Assembly: GCA_965603825.1 (NCBI GenBank)
Contig: CBFDEM010000051.1
Span: forward strand, 806,001 to 870,000
Origin: Blepharisma stoltei ATCC 30299
Taxonomy: Eukaryota; Protista; Ciliophora
Reading direction: 5' to 3'
DNA length: 64,000 nucleotides
The position numbers were made by a program, and so were the translations under genes. Below the pieces are notes generated by a model. It searched no databases and was not told where the DNA came from. It was given only the letters and a program-made list of their open reading frames with translations. Below are positions 1 through 12,596 of the stretch, in pieces. Each line of letters opens with the position of its first letter. Positions within the stretch are counted from its first letter, which is position 1.

Positions 1-373
1 AAAATATATGGAAAGAGTTATGACATATAAAAGTATACAAATTTAATCAAAAAATATAATTAATTTAGCTAATGCAGCTGAAAATATCAAAAAATCCAGA
101 AATCCTCATAGTTAAAAAACTTCATAGACATATTATTATAATTTCTACAGCCTTAATATTTTGTATTTCAATTTTTACAAATAAATTACTTTTATCGCCC
201 TAAACGTTTTATATTTATCTTATTTAATTATTTAATCTAAATCATATACAGCAACTAAAAATTTTAATAAAAATAACAGGTTATAGTAGCTAACAGGTTG
301 TTTGTCATGCTTTATATATTATCGTTTTAATAGTTATGAATTAAAATCTGATATTAAGATCCAGATAAAAAGA

Positions 374-1987
374 ATGTCTAGAAGAAGTCAGCCCCGGCAC
401 CAGGCTCAAAAATCATTACCTATCTGCACATGTACATATCCAAAAACCAGTCAATGATTAGAAGGCCACTGCAGCCTCTGTCTTAAAAAATTAATCAGTT
501 TTTCGACCCCAGAAAGCGAATCTCAATCCAGAACCCCTTCTCCTCACTTCAAAGACCTGTCTATCCCTATAGATGAAGAGCTCCAAAGTATCGTAAAATT
601 TAATACACCGACCTCGGACAATTTTTTCAGTTCAAAATCCCACCATAAGCGATCTCACACATCAAAAAACAAAGAAAAAGACGCAAAACCGAGCTATCCA
701 CAAAGCCTTTATGATATTAAAAATTCAAAATCGTCAAGCGTTTTAATTCCAGAAAAAAAGCCGTTGCATTATCGTCCTGATTCAATTAAAGCAAGCTTAG
801 AAAATCTTTTGAAAAATCAAAGGTCAAAGTCAATATATGAGTTAAGCCAGCGTGAAGACCAATATTCGAATTATTATACGTATGCCACAAATTCAGATAA
901 CCATAAAAGACCAAAACATCATGAAAAAGTGTATAAAATTTCACCTAAAAGGTCGCCAGTTCCAGAGCTAAGAATTCCTTTTCAACTCTCATATCAAAGT
1001 GCAGTTGATGAGTATTTTAGTAAAGTTTCAAGCGCAAGAAAAGGAAAATTAGTAGATTTCTCAAGCAAAGATTTTTCCCTTGAAATTTTATTTCTCGGCC
1101 ACAAAAACAGTGTGAATTCTATCGCATTAGGAAAAAACAAACTATGAAGCGCGGGACAAGACTACTTAATTTCTAGCTGAAACTTACCTGACAAAACTAT
1201 ATCTGATCCTTATGCAAATATTTTACACAGCTGACGAGTCGGGTCCACTGTTTCCCCTTTAACTACAACTAAGGCTCACACGAGGAAAATTAACTGTTTA
1301 GAAATAATTGGGAATTCATTTTTAATTTCAGGTGGCAGTGACCAAAAAATCAAAATCTGGAACATTGAAAGAGGGATTTCTTTGGCTTCCTCTATTAAAG
1401 CACATGATGGGAATGTTATTTGTCTTGCGGTTCCTTCTGCGAGGACTTTATTATCAGGTGGAAGTGATGGGTATATAAAAGTGTGGGATTTTGAAAATCG
1501 AAAATTAGCAAAATGTTATGAAGCGCATGATAAAAATTTAACCTGCATGTGTCTTCATGATTCTTCTACTTTTATCACAGGCTCAAACGACACAACTTTA
1601 AAACTATGAGACTTGAGAGCTTCAAGATGCCTATCAACTTTCACAGAGCACGATGGAGAAATTAATTGTATTAAATTGATTGATAAACATTCGTTTTTAA
1701 CAGCTGCAGAAGATAGGACTATCAAGAAATGGGATATAAGGACTTGTGGAGTGCTTGAAAATTTAAAAGTTGACAGTGAAATAAAAAGCATCGAAATAAT
1801 TAAAGGAAAATTAGTAACTGGCGGCAATGGCATCATTGTCTGGGACAATGGAAAACAAAATATTACACAGTTTCATAATCAAGGTGTAAAACAAATTAAA
1901 TATGATGAATACAATGACTGCTTATTCAGTGCCAGCAGAGATGGGAGCATCGCATGCATGAAAGTTCTGTTTGGTGAAGAATATTAA
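374..1987 (+). CDS. WD40-repeat protein with Ser-rich N-terminus (537 aa, TGA=Trp)
   Basis: ATG 374 to TAA 1987 in one frame joining ORFs 764, 1382 and 1613. TGAs fall at WD Trp positions (KLWSAGQD, LKLWDL). GH...WD repeats present. Confidence 0.88.
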
Positions 1988-2085
1988 AATAATTCCTATA
2001 AATAATTGTGTCAATTTTTGGAATTTTAATTAAAAATAAATTTATTAAAGAGCTAATAAAATTACGAAAATGGAACAGTAAAAAT

Positions 2086-3207
2086 ATGATTTCAGACAAA
2101 TGTGATATTGAAGGCTGCAAAAACGATGCAAATTTTATGTGTACTTGTGCCAATCCTGAAACGTTTTTATGCTCAGATCATATTAATAAACATTTGCAAG
2201 GCTCTCCAGGGCCTCATCATGCGATTGAATTTAACACAGAAAAAAGGGTTCGAACCAAATCTGAAAATATTAATTATCTTACAAAGCAAACAGAAAAGCT
2301 TAAAAAGCTCAAAAAAAGCCTCTACAAAGAAATTTCATTAAAAATCATTATGATTGAAAAAAGTCTCCACAGCTGCACCACAAAAATAGATAGAGAAATA
2401 TTTAGAATTAATTTAAAAATAAAAGAGCTGATTGTCTCAGACGACACAAACCTCAATGTTTCGCTAAAGTCAACTGAAAGAAGATGGTCATTTAATGACG
2501 AAAAATTAGATAAAGAGCCTTTTGAGGTTAATTTACCAAGCAGAAAATCATCAGCTGATTCAAGTTTACTAGAAAGAAGAGGATCTGTTAGCAGCACTAT
2601 TAATGAAACTATAGGCGTTATTAATAGTAATGCTCTGCAAGCACTGATGAGAGATATAAATTTGTTTATGAGAAGCGCAGAAAGGATCAAAATACATGAT
2701 ATTAGTGACTCTCCTAGTAGTTCTCATACTTTTGAAGAAAGTCCGTCACCTAACTTAGAAACTCATAAGAAAAAGAATAAGCTTGATTTAGAGATTTTAC
2801 AAAATAAATCAGAATTACCTATAAAAACAGAGGAAAATAATGAGGATAAGCAAAAAATGAGCCAAAATCCTATACTTCTTAAAGAGCCAGAAACTGCTAT
2901 ATATGATTATTTAGCTTCCAAAAGCAAGCCACTGAAAAGCTATTATTTTAAAAATCCGTCCCGAACTGATACTATAAACCCACAGACTACTGAAATAAAA
3001 ATTGAAATAAGAGAAAGCTTGGAATGCTGTAATTGTGGAGGGATTTTTGACTCATCAGCTGTAATTGAAAATTTTTGTGGGTGCTTGACATGCACAAAAT
3101 GCAATATTTTAGAAGTCAAAAAATTTGATCATATGCAAGGATACTTCGTCAATGTGGTTTGCAGGGTTTGCAAAAGAATGAGACAAATAACTGGGCATCG
3201 CCTTTAA
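2086..3207 (+). CDS. B-box-like Zn finger / coiled coil / C-terminal all-Cys RING-like protein (family member 1)
   Basis: First ATG at 2086. N-terminal CDIEGC-x7-CTC-x7-CSDH-x3-H-x7-H; C-terminal CCNC..CGCLTCTKC..CRVC. Confidence 0.8.
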   Translation: MISDKCDIEGCKNDANFMCTCANPETFLCSDHINKHLQGSPGPHHAIEFNTEKRVRTKSENINYLTKQTEKLKKLKKSLYKEISLKIIMIEKSLHSCTTKIDREIFRINLKIKELIVSDDTNLNVSLKSTERRWSFNDEKLDKEPFEVNLPSRKSSADSSLLERRGSVSSTINETIGVINSNALQALMRDINLFMRSAERIKIHDISDSPSSSHTFEESPSPNLETHKKKNKLDLEILQNKSELPIKTEENNEDKQKMSQNPILLKEPETAIYDYLASKSKPLKSYYFKNPSRTDTINPQTTEIKIEIRESLECCNCGGIFDSSAVIENFCGCLTCTKCNILEVKKFDHMQGYFVNVVCRVCKRMRQITGHRL

Positions 3208-3391
3208 AATTCTTCTTAATAAGAATGTAAATAAAGAATGGAAATAATCATTATATATTTAGCTGAAATTTTATTAATATTATTGTTTATGATAAAAAAC
3301 TTAATGAAGTCTCTACTTATAAATTCTAAATTATTTTAGAAATATTTTTAATCAGATTAGATTAGGCTATTATATACATATTTAAGGTAAA

Positions 3392-3808
3392 ATGAGCTCA
3401 ATTGAAAACTTAAAAGCCCAAGATATTCATGATGATCCTTATTTAGAATGCAATGCAAAGATTCTCAATGATGGGCAAAGCACAGAAAGCGAGCATGAAA
3501 GCCAACCAAAATCTTCCACAATAGATTTAAACGATAATAAAGTTTCTCCTCAAAAAAAGCGAAGCTTTTTTAGTAAAATGTGTGAAAAAGCTATGGGATT
3601 TTTCGAAAAAAATGATCAAAAGTGCTATGAATGTATCATGTGTAAGAAAATGTTTCCTAAAAGTAAAATAATAAAAAATCCCTGTGGGTGTATAAGCTGC
3701 AAAACATGTGGACTATATGAAAGAGTGGAGTATTGGTGAATGATTGGATGCTGTATTAAGGACAGATGCAGAGTTTGTGGACATGAGATATTTATTAGAG
3801 AAAGATAA
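3392..3808 (+). CDS. RING-like-module-only family member (member 2)
   Basis: Reading TGA 3737 as Trp completes CIMC..CGCISCKTC..CRVC; stop TAA 3806-3808. Confidence 0.75.
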
Positions 3809-4122
3809 AGGCTATTTAATAAACTCTAATATGAATTTGTGAAATCTGTTGTTGAAAAAATGGCTATAGCTTTTATTATATATATACATTATAGTGAAAT
3901 AGAATTTGATATATTGATTATAGGAAATAGTTTTTAACTTAAAAGAATTAAAATTCCTACTAATAAAGCTTGATAAATTAATTCACTTATGGAGTAATTT
4001 TTTATATAAAGATTTGAATATTTTTTAAATTCATTGCTAATATATAAGAATAAAGTAACAATTAAACAGATTATTATTATTAAATTTTTGTTTTTTTGAT
4101 TTATCTATAATATATAATAATT

Positions 4123-5172
4123 ATGGACCAGATGTGCAGCATTGAAAATTGTCCCAAGAAAGCCAACATAAAGTGCCTTTGTGAAAATATCATGTTTTGC
4201 GAAACTCATATAGATGCCCACTTATTATACTCAACAGGTGTACACAATTGTGTAAAACTCTTTAATTTTCCGCTTCAAGCAACTAAAGTTGCCTCGATTT
4301 CTCATTTAAATAATTCAATCGCAAGCCTCAGATCTCTCCGATCAAGACTCACCCAAAAATTGTCCCAAGATATGATTGCTATTCAAAGCTTTCTTGGGAA
4401 CTATTTATCAAAAATAGACTATGAAATCATAAAAACAAAAAAAGAGCTGCTAAAAATCATGAACACTGACCAAATTCCAAGGACCGACGAATTGCACGAA
4501 ATGGAGTTTTTACTATTGCCGTCTGATGAAGCCATTGATTATTTAAACTCAAAAAATGCAGGATCTATAAAATCAATGTCACATACAGAAATCCTAGAAA
4601 AAATATACAAAATCCAGAAAAATTTTGAGTGGAGAGAAACCTCCGAAATGAAGCTTTTAGCTGAAAAAAACAAAAATTTAAAAAAAGAAAACAAAGAACT
4701 CAACGTAAAAAACCAAGAATTAATCCAAAAAATTAGAAGGTTAAAACAAGAGCACGAGTCTTTTCAAGAGGAGTCAAGCTTGCAGTTTTTAGTATTTGAA
4801 GATGAAAAAGAAAATACAAGATGCCAATTAAATACAAAAATTGAGCAGCTGAAAGCAGAAAACTGCAAGCTGAGTATTGAGTATAACAATATAAACGCAT
4901 CATACAAAATTTTGTATGGTAAGTATGGAAAATCAATGAAAAAGTCTCACTCTTTGGTAAAGCCTGGGAATATGAAGCATATATATCAATGCTGTATTTG
5001 CCAAGTTATTGTAAATGATGATTTAGCTTTAAAGAAAAATGAATGCGGATGCATTTCATGCCAAAACTGCATGCTTCCTGAGTATGAAGAAATATTTTCG
5101 ATTTTTAAAAAGAAAAAATCATGCAGAAAATGCGGAAAAGTTAAATCAGGAAATGAATGGGTAACTGCATAA
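4123..5172 (+). CDS. B-box-like / coiled coil / RING-like protein (member 3)
   Basis: CSIENC-x7-CLC..CETH..H; heptad-rich middle; CCIC..CGCISCQNC..CRKC. Confidence 0.85.
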   Translation: MDQMCSIENCPKKANIKCLCENIMFCETHIDAHLLYSTGVHNCVKLFNFPLQATKVASISHLNNSIASLRSLRSRLTQKLSQDMIAIQSFLGNYLSKIDYEIIKTKKELLKIMNTDQIPRTDELHEMEFLLLPSDEAIDYLNSKNAGSIKSMSHTEILEKIYKIQKNFEWRETSEMKLLAEKNKNLKKENKELNVKNQELIQKIRRLKQEHESFQEESSLQFLVFEDEKENTRCQLNTKIEQLKAENCKLSIEYNNINASYKILYGKYGKSMKKSHSLVKPGNMKHIYQCCICQVIVNDDLALKKNECGCISCQNCMLPEYEEIFSIFKKKKSCRKCGKVKSGNEWVTA

Positions 5173-5211
5173 TTTTATAAAAATTCGTCTGAAATTAGGT
5201 AATTAATAAAA

Positions 5212-5871
5212 ATGAGTCTAAAATTTGCTGAAGCATGTGCTGAGGCAAAAAAATTGACTCTCACACAAGATATACAGCTACTTATTTATGGGCTTTATAA
5301 GCAAGCTACAGCTGGAGACTGCAATATTCCTCCACCCTCATCCATGATTGACTCAATGAAATATCAATCCTGGATTATGCATCTTGGAAAATCAAAAGAG
5401 CAAGCTGAAGCTGAGTATATATCTATTATACAAGCATCAAAAAGTCAGGAAAACTGGGGAAATAAAGTCAGCAAATTTCAGCTAGAAGAGGAAGAAGAAG
5501 AAGCTCCTAGGGATGAGCATCAAGAAAAAGTCCATAAATTGTGTGAAGCCGTCAAAAATGGAGAGCTTGATATAGAGCTACTCGAAGAACTTGGGGTGAA
5601 CGTAAAAGATTCTGAAGGTTTAGCACCGCTCCATCACGCTGCCGATGCAGAAAACTCAGAAATTGTGTCCCAACTTTTAAAACTTGGGGCTGATGTAAAT
5701 TTACAAGATAATTTAGGGATGACACCTCTTCATTATGCTGCTGAGCTGAATAATCCTGAAATTTTTACACTGCTAATTTCAATGCCTGGAATAGATTTAA
5801 GTTTACAAGATTCAGATGGAAATACCGTAAGAGAAATCGCCCAAAGCCCATGCTGTGATTTATTACCTTAA
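5212..5871 (+). CDS. Acyl-CoA-binding domain plus ankyrin repeat protein (ACBD6-like)
   Basis: ACBP signature IYGLYKQATAGDC..KYQSW; ankyrin repeats GLAPLHHAA and GMTPLHYAA. Confidence 0.92.
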   Translation: MSLKFAEACAEAKKLTLTQDIQLLIYGLYKQATAGDCNIPPPSSMIDSMKYQSWIMHLGKSKEQAEAEYISIIQASKSQENWGNKVSKFQLEEEEEEAPRDEHQEKVHKLCEAVKNGELDIELLEELGVNVKDSEGLAPLHHAADAENSEIVSQLLKLGADVNLQDNLGMTPLHYAAELNNPEIFTLLISMPGIDLSLQDSDGNTVREIAQSPCCDLLP

Positions 5872-6034
5872 TATAAAACATTTTCAATAAATTTTTTTAA
5901 TATTTTAGAATTCAAAAATTCCGGTAATAAAATATAGAAGATGGTGAAAATAATAAACAATTGTTAAAAATTTAAACCAAATTTATTTTTGGATGGATTT
6001 CAGAGAGTTTTCAATTAAAATCAATAAAATTAAT

Positions 6035-6910
6035 ATGGACTCTATTATATGCAAGGTTAAAGATTGTTTCGAAATTGCAATAGAGATATGCTTTTGTCGA
6101 AAACATAAATTTTGCGAATATCATTTAATGGATCATGCAGTTAGAGAACGAAATGGGCAGTTTTTTGATGATTTTAGCCTTAGTACTGATAGGATAGCGC
6201 TTCAATTTGTTCAAGATCAAATCAACCTTATCGAAAAAGAAAAGAAGCTGCTTACTGAAGAAGCTTGAAATCTAACAATTAATATTCAAGAGGAATTACA
6301 AGAAAGACTTAAAAAATTAGATGAAGGGCTTGAAAAATATAGAGAGGAATTAAAAAAGATTATAAATGATGCCAAGAGTCATGGATATAATGACTTTAAA
6401 CACTCAAAAATGGTATGTGACAATGGGATAAATAAGATTCGCAAAAATAATCCCGCTGAAAATCAAAAAAAAACATTCCCAGAAAACCATTTTCATGTAC
6501 AAAAAATAAGCAATAAGTTTTGTCGTCAAAAGAGCACCAGAGAAAGTTTTGCGGTGATTGTAAACCAATCGCTTGAGTTAGAAAGTGAAAGGTTAAAAAA
6601 TTTTGTGATTATATCCTTGTATAAAAGATGCCTTGAATTGGAGCAGAATATTTATGAGCTGGAGGTTGTAAAAACTCCTTTGACTGCAGCCACTACACGA
6701 GAATCCAGTGAGCTTGACCCAGATAGTCAGGTAACCTTTGAAATTATTAATGCTGAATCCAAAATAATTGAGCAAAAAGAGATTACACCTTCAGAAAAAG
6801 TTTGTACATGTATTTATTGCTTGACTTTATCTGAATTTGAAATTAAAAGCCAAGAATTTGGATCTGATAAATACACGCATTGTCTTTTGAACCAAAATCC
6901 TAATTTGTAG
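6035..6910 (+). CDS. Divergent B-box-like / coiled-coil family member (member 4), RING module eroded
   Basis: CKVKDC-x7-CFC..CEYH..H; open through TGA 6266 to TAG 6910; only CTCIYC remains of the C-terminal module. Confidence 0.7.
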
Positions 6911-7626
6911 CTTAAAAAGTTGCCATGTTTGGCTTATTCGTAGTAGCGAATAATATTTAATTAAAATTAACCTGAAAACTATAAGATTAGTGTAATTTTG
7001 ACAAATAAAACATTAGAAATTGTCCAGCCTTAAAAATCAGGAAGATTAAAATATTCGAGACAATCAAAATGATACTTTTTTGGCTATGCAAATAACCTTA
7101 ATCTTTCTAAACAAGTATTTAAAATAAAAATTTGTGTAATAAAATTAGAGTTTTTTCAATGAAAATTTGGAATAAAGTTAGAGTTTTTCCATGTCGAGTG
7201 CAAAACAATTGAGTTATGAGTGTTTTAAATAAAAGATTGAAGAAAGTATGAACAGATTGCGTATAAAGGATTCAATTGATAAACAATTTAATTAAAACCT
7301 TTATTATTCAAAATAAGTGAATCTCTAGCATTTATGAGAGTTGCAGAAGGCTATGAGAAGAATTTAAAATTCGCTAATTTTCTTAATAAAAGAATATAGA
7401 TGTATTTTATCGAGCTTGGCTAAAATACTCAAATTTATTAGCTAAATTCAGTGACAATTATACATATCCATTATTATTAATATATCATCCTTGAAAACAA
7501 AAAGCCCAAGATTTTCATAATTTAATTAATGTTCTTTATGTCTACTAAATCGCACAATAAATCGATAAGCATGACCAATTTGCACCCTTTTCTGTTGTTA
7601 TCTTAAATATTGTAAATAAATTAAAA

Positions 7627-8685
7627 ATGAGAATGCTCATATGCAGCCAAGAAGGATGCAAGATGAAAGCAACAGCTAGATGCCGCTGCAAAGATCCAGA
7701 GCTATTGTTTTGTGCTGACCATTTAGGCAATCATTTAATTAACTCTCCAGGTAAGCATGACTATGAAAAATTGTTTGATGATCCCTACCTCCAAACAAAA
7801 AATGATGTCTTAAGTTATATACAAAACGAACTCCAAAGCTTGGAAAATTTAAAGATAAATATAACAAAAGAAGTTTATACTGAGATGTGCAAGATAAAAA
7901 GTAGCTTAGATGTCTATATTGGAAAAATAGATGAAAAAATTGTTTCATTTTGACGTAATCTGGATGAAATTATGTGAGCATTAGAAAATAGTAATGACAG
8001 CACAAATCTAGAGTATTTAAAGCTGCCTTCCTCAGAAGCTATTGCTTACTTCAAAGAAAATAATAAAAATTTGATTGAGGATTCTACTAGCGAATCAATA
8101 ATTTCCGAGATCTTTAAAAATTTAGGATGGTTCAGACTGTCAGAGTTTCAAGAAATGTCAAGCAAGATTAAAGATTTAGACGAAGAATTGCTTAGTGTAA
8201 AACAGTCGTGTGACGAAAAAATAAACCAAAATGAATATGAGCACACAAAAATAATAGAATCATATGAGATGACTAATACAAATTTGAAAAAGATTTATGA
8301 TGAGTTGTATAAAGAAAAGAGAGAACTTGAGCTAAGATATAATCAACTTATAGAAGATCATCAGAATTGCCAATCTCAGCCTAAAAGATCTTCAATTCCT
8401 GAGCCAGTAAGATTAATCCCAAGCATACCTGGTATACCTCAGATAAATTTTTTTAAGCAAAGCAGTATTGAGTCTTCTAAAGTTTCTACTGTTGATGGGC
8501 GGGGATATACTTGCTCTTTATGCATGGGAAAGTTTCGCGCTAATGAAATTCATAAAAATGATTGCGGGTGTCTTAATTGTGGGAATTGTCCATTTCCAGA
8601 TTTCGAAAAAATTAAGGGTATGCATAATAGAAGATGCCGCGTATGCAATAAGAAAAAAGTTCTTTTTACTGGATCATGGACATAA
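7627..8685 (+). CDS. B-box-like / coiled coil / RING-like protein (member 5)
   Basis: ORFs 7627 and 8071 are in frame across two TGAs; CSQEGC..CRC..CADH..H and CSLC..CGCLNCGNC..CRVC. Confidence 0.85.
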
Positions 8686-8889
8686 TTAAAAGCGTTAGGA
8701 TTAAATTATTACACAAAATGATAACTATACATGCAGAATAATCTTAATTATCTAAAGAAATTAAAGAAAAGTGCAGTCAAAGAGATAAGTTCTAGAATAT
8801 GCATGCAAAATAATTTTTTACTATGATGAAAGTGAACATTCTGCATAAGAAGCTATTTATATCAACTTTTTAATAAAAATAATAATTAA

Positions 8890-9110
8890 ATAATTTTTTT
8901 TAAGATAAAGCTAGAAAATTGCATAGGCAGGACCAAGAATTTGCAAGATTTAAACTTGATATTAGTGAAATTGCACAAACTTTTGAAACTAATACCATAA
9001 ATACTATCTTAGAGTATTTAAAGCTACCTTTTTCAGAGGCTAATGGTATATTAAAATAAAACAGCAAAAATCTTTTATTATTTGGTCAAAATATATAAAC
9101 ACACTCTTAT
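8890..9110 (+). pseudogene. Decayed relic of the B-box/coiled-coil family
   Basis: tagagtatttaaagctacctttttcagaggct (about 9010-9040) matches tagagtatttaaagctgccttcctcagaagct (about 8010-8040) of member 5; no open frame. Confidence 0.55.
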
Positions 9111-9546
9111 GGAGGATTTTCGCTCTGGCCATTTTATTTATATTTTAAAATCAATTAAATGGCATCTGCCATATTAAATTTATAAGTATAACAAAAATTT
9201 AAACCCGTGAAGCCTAAAATTCTCAGCAACAATTTTATCATATTTTTCCAAAGCAATAGAAATATCAGTATACATAGTTTTAAATGACATAAAAGAATCA
9301 AATTTCAATAAATAAACCAAATTAATAATAAATTATCAAACAATAATGATTAGTTAGGCAAATTTCTCTTTAAATTAGTGAGTTATTTTAGCACAAGAAA
9401 AATTTAAATTATCCTCTTTATAAAAAATGTTATATAGATTAATTCTTTATAATTATGAAATAATTCAACACAGTAAGGCTAAATTTATACTAAAATAAGA
9501 GTTTTCTTTCTGTTGTAATCTGATAATATGCAATAAACTAAGAAAT

Positions 9547-10620
9547 ATGAGAACGCTCATATGCACTTTTGGAGGATGCCAAGCAAAAGCTATAGCTAAA
9601 TGCTCTTGTAAAAATCCAGAATTGCTGCTCTGTGCTGGACACCTAGGAGTTCATGTAATCTCACCAGGTAAGCATAGCTTTGAAAATTTGCCTGATGATC
9701 CTTATCTCCAAACAAAAAATGATGTTTTGCTTTACATGCAAAATGAAATCCAAAAGTTGGAGGATTTAAAAAGAAATTTATCATTGGAGGCATATTCTGC
9801 AATTATAAAATTGAAAAGTAACTTAGAAAATTATAATGATAAGATAGATCTAGAGATTAGAAGAATTGTAGAGAATATGAGCGAAATAATGAATACATTA
9901 GAAAGCAGCAATAAAAATCCAAGCTTAGACTATTTAAAGCTGTCTTCATCTGAAGCTATTGATTATATCCAAAAAAACAATCAAATCTCAATTTTACATA
10001 CTCCATATGAAACAATAATTCCAGAAATCTATAAAAATCTTGGCTGGGAAAAAATCTCAGAAATACAAGAAATTTCCAAAAAAAATAAAGACCTCGAAAT
10101 TGAGTTGCTTGAAGTGAAAACAAGTATGAATCAATTATTCCAAAAAAATATAAAAGAAACTGAAGAATTGAAGCAGTCATATGAAGCACTTAAAGCAAGA
10201 GAAATTGAGCTTATAAGAACAATAGAAATAACTGAACAAAAATATATAAAAGAAAATGAAGAATTGAAGCAGTCATATGAAGCACTTAAAACAAGAGAAA
10301 TTGAGCTAATAAAAAAAATAGAGATAACTGAACAAAAAAATATGAAAGAAAATGAAGAATTGAAACAGTCATATGAAGCACTTAAAGCAAAAGAGATTGA
10401 GCTAATAAAAAACATAGAGGTGACTGAGCAGAGCAACAAATATTTAAAAGATGCTTATAATGAAATATATAAAAAATGCCAAGACCTTGAATCAAGAAAT
10501 AGTAAGCCTGATGATGCTCAACTTCAGAGAGCGGCTACAATGCCTGCTCCGGCTCAAAAGGCTTCTTCAAGCTCCTTCTTTGGAAAAACAATTTCAAATA
10601 GCGTTCGTAGAAGGCAGTAA
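9547..10620 (+). CDS. B-box-like / coiled-coil protein with three 32-aa repeats (member 6), no RING module
   Basis: CTFGGC..CSC..CAGH..H; EELKQSYEALK repeat three times. Confidence 0.85.
   Translation: MRTLICTFGGCQAKAIAKCSCKNPELLLCAGHLGVHVISPGKHSFENLPDDPYLQTKNDVLLYMQNEIQKLEDLKRNLSLEAYSAIIKLKSNLENYNDKIDLEIRRIVENMSEIMNTLESSNKNPSLDYLKLSSSEAIDYIQKNNQISILHTPYETIIPEIYKNLGWEKISEIQEISKKNKDLEIELLEVKTSMNQLFQKNIKETEELKQSYEALKAREIELIRTIEITEQKYIKENEELKQSYEALKTREIELIKKIEITEQKNMKENEELKQSYEALKAKEIELIKNIEVTEQSNKYLKDAYNEIYKKCQDLESRNSKPDDAQLQRAATMPAPAQKASSSSFFGKTISNSVRRRQ
10162..10440 (+). repeat. Intragenic 96-nt tandem repeat, about 3 copies
   Basis: gaagaattgaa(g/a)cagtcatatgaagcacttaaa starts at 10162, 10258 and 10354. 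Confidence 0.9.
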
Positions 10621-11339
10621 TAAGGGCGTTCTATGAAGATACTAAATAAATAAAGGTTCTATATGGTAAATGATTATTTTGGCTAAATAATATATGATTT
10701 TATAGGCAAATTAAATGTAATTCAGCCTAAATTAAGAGTAAAAAGCTATAATTTTATTGTTTAACTTTCAAACTTTTATAATTTATATATGTCCATATAT
10801 GGCTCTTTAGGATACACTACCTTACTATTGCTACCAATAGTTATTTACTTTCCAAATAGAATGAGATTGAGTGATTTTTAAGACTTATAAACTTTGATTT
10901 GACTCAAAAAAGAGGAATTGTCAAGAATGGTCGGTGAGGAAAATGCAAAATAAATATAAAATTCTTAATTGATAATCAAGACATATTTTAAGAAGTAATA
11001 AGAATAAAAAATAATTCTTTTGTTTCTATAAACAGATCAAGGATTGCATCAGCTACACTAATTTCGTGTATCTTAAACATTAAGGCAGCTATTACGACTA
11101 AATCTGTAGAAAAAAGTAAATATGACTAACAGTAAATTTAGTTTCGAAGGTACCAGAAAAATGCTATCACAAGCTGTAGCTGCAAAAAACAGTTTTTTGT
11201 GCTAACTATTTAAAGGTTTTTGAAGATATTCTGGTTCCTTGAAAAATGATTTATTGCTAATAAACTTTTATAGATAATTTTGGGTTTGTGTACACTTCAC
11301 CCTTTTGACAAATTGATTCGTGGAAATAACATTTCAGCA

Positions 11340-12149
11340 ATGGATGATTTTTTGCTTTACATGCAAAATGAAATACAAAATCTGCGGCATTTAAAAGAAA
11401 ATTTGATAAAAGAGGTGTATGCTGAGATGTGTAGGCTAGAAAATAGCTTAGCAACTTATGTTGACAAGATTGATGAAGAAATTGCTAAATTTTCATCAAA
11501 AATAAATGAAGCAATGGAAGCTCTTGAAAATAATGAAGAGAGCATAAATTCAGATTATTCGATGCTTTCGACTAATGATCTTGAATTTATCAGAGCAAGC
11601 CAAATAACCCTAAACTCGAAAACTCCTTATAAAACAATAATTTCTGAAGTTTATAGAAATATTGGCTGGGTAAAACTTTCAGAATTCCAAGAAATTTTCA
11701 AAGAAAAATTAATCTTAGAGGTCAAATTACTTGACATAAATACTATTATGAGCCAGTATACCCCAAAAAATATAAAAGAAAATGAAGAATTGAAGCAGTC
11801 ATATGAAGCACTTAAAACAAGAGAAATTGAGCTAATAAAAAATATAGAAATAACTGAACAAAAATATATAAAAGAAAATGAAGAATTGAAACAGTCATAT
11901 GAAGCACTTAAAGCAAAAGAGATTGAGTTAATAAAAAACATAGAGGTGACTGAGCAGAGCAACAAATATTTAAAAGATGCTTATGATGAATTATATAAAA
12001 AATACCAAGATCTTGAATCAAGAAATAGTAAGCCTGATGATGCTCAACTTCAGAGAGCGGCTCCAATCCCATTTTTGGCTCAAAGGGCTTCAACTTCAAG
12101 CCTCTTCTTTGGAAGGACAGTTTCAAATAGCTTTCGTAGAAGGCAGTAA
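11340..12149 (+). CDS. N-terminally decapitated family member (member 7), two 32-aa repeats; possibly a pseudogene
   Basis: First ATG at 11340. 3' part nearly identical to member 6. A broken Zn-finger relic lies at about 11120-11250. Confidence 0.6.
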   Translation: MDDFLLYMQNEIQNLRHLKENLIKEVYAEMCRLENSLATYVDKIDEEIAKFSSKINEAMEALENNEESINSDYSMLSTNDLEFIRASQITLNSKTPYKTIISEVYRNIGWVKLSEFQEIFKEKLILEVKLLDINTIMSQYTPKNIKENEELKQSYEALKTREIELIKNIEITEQKYIKENEELKQSYEALKAKEIELIKNIEVTEQSNKYLKDAYDELYKKYQDLESRNSKPDDAQLQRAAPIPFLAQRASTSSLFFGRTVSNSFRRRQ

Positions 12150-12596
12150 TGAGGCAAAAAAATTAATCTTAAATATGAATACTGGATTAAACTTCGTAAA
12201 GATATTAATTAAATTTTCTATAATTAATAAATAAAATTAGGCTTTTAATATTTGGAAGTTTGAGTGTTTTAAAATATGAGCATAAGATTAACGTGCTTAC
12301 TTGCCATAGGAGAAAAGTAATTATAGAGTATAATTAAAAAAATTTGTTAAAAATTATTCAAATAATCTAGATTCAGCGCTTTAGACTTCAACTCTTACTT
12401 AAATATTCAAAGAGCATAAGAGTCTATAAGTCTTCTGCTGCTTATTTATCTTATAACCTTAAGCATTAAACATTGCGCAATTTTAATTATAGCAAATTAA
12501 TGAGAAATTAAAGATAAATTTCAATTTTACCTGATTTGTAATACAATTATTGAGAATAAATATAAATAGGCATGACATACATTTAAATATGCAAAA

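Noticed and set aside
10162-10440. Regularly spaced repeats resembling a CRISPR array
   Set aside because: In-frame 96-nt coding repeat with no unique spacers, no cas genes and a eukaryotic context.
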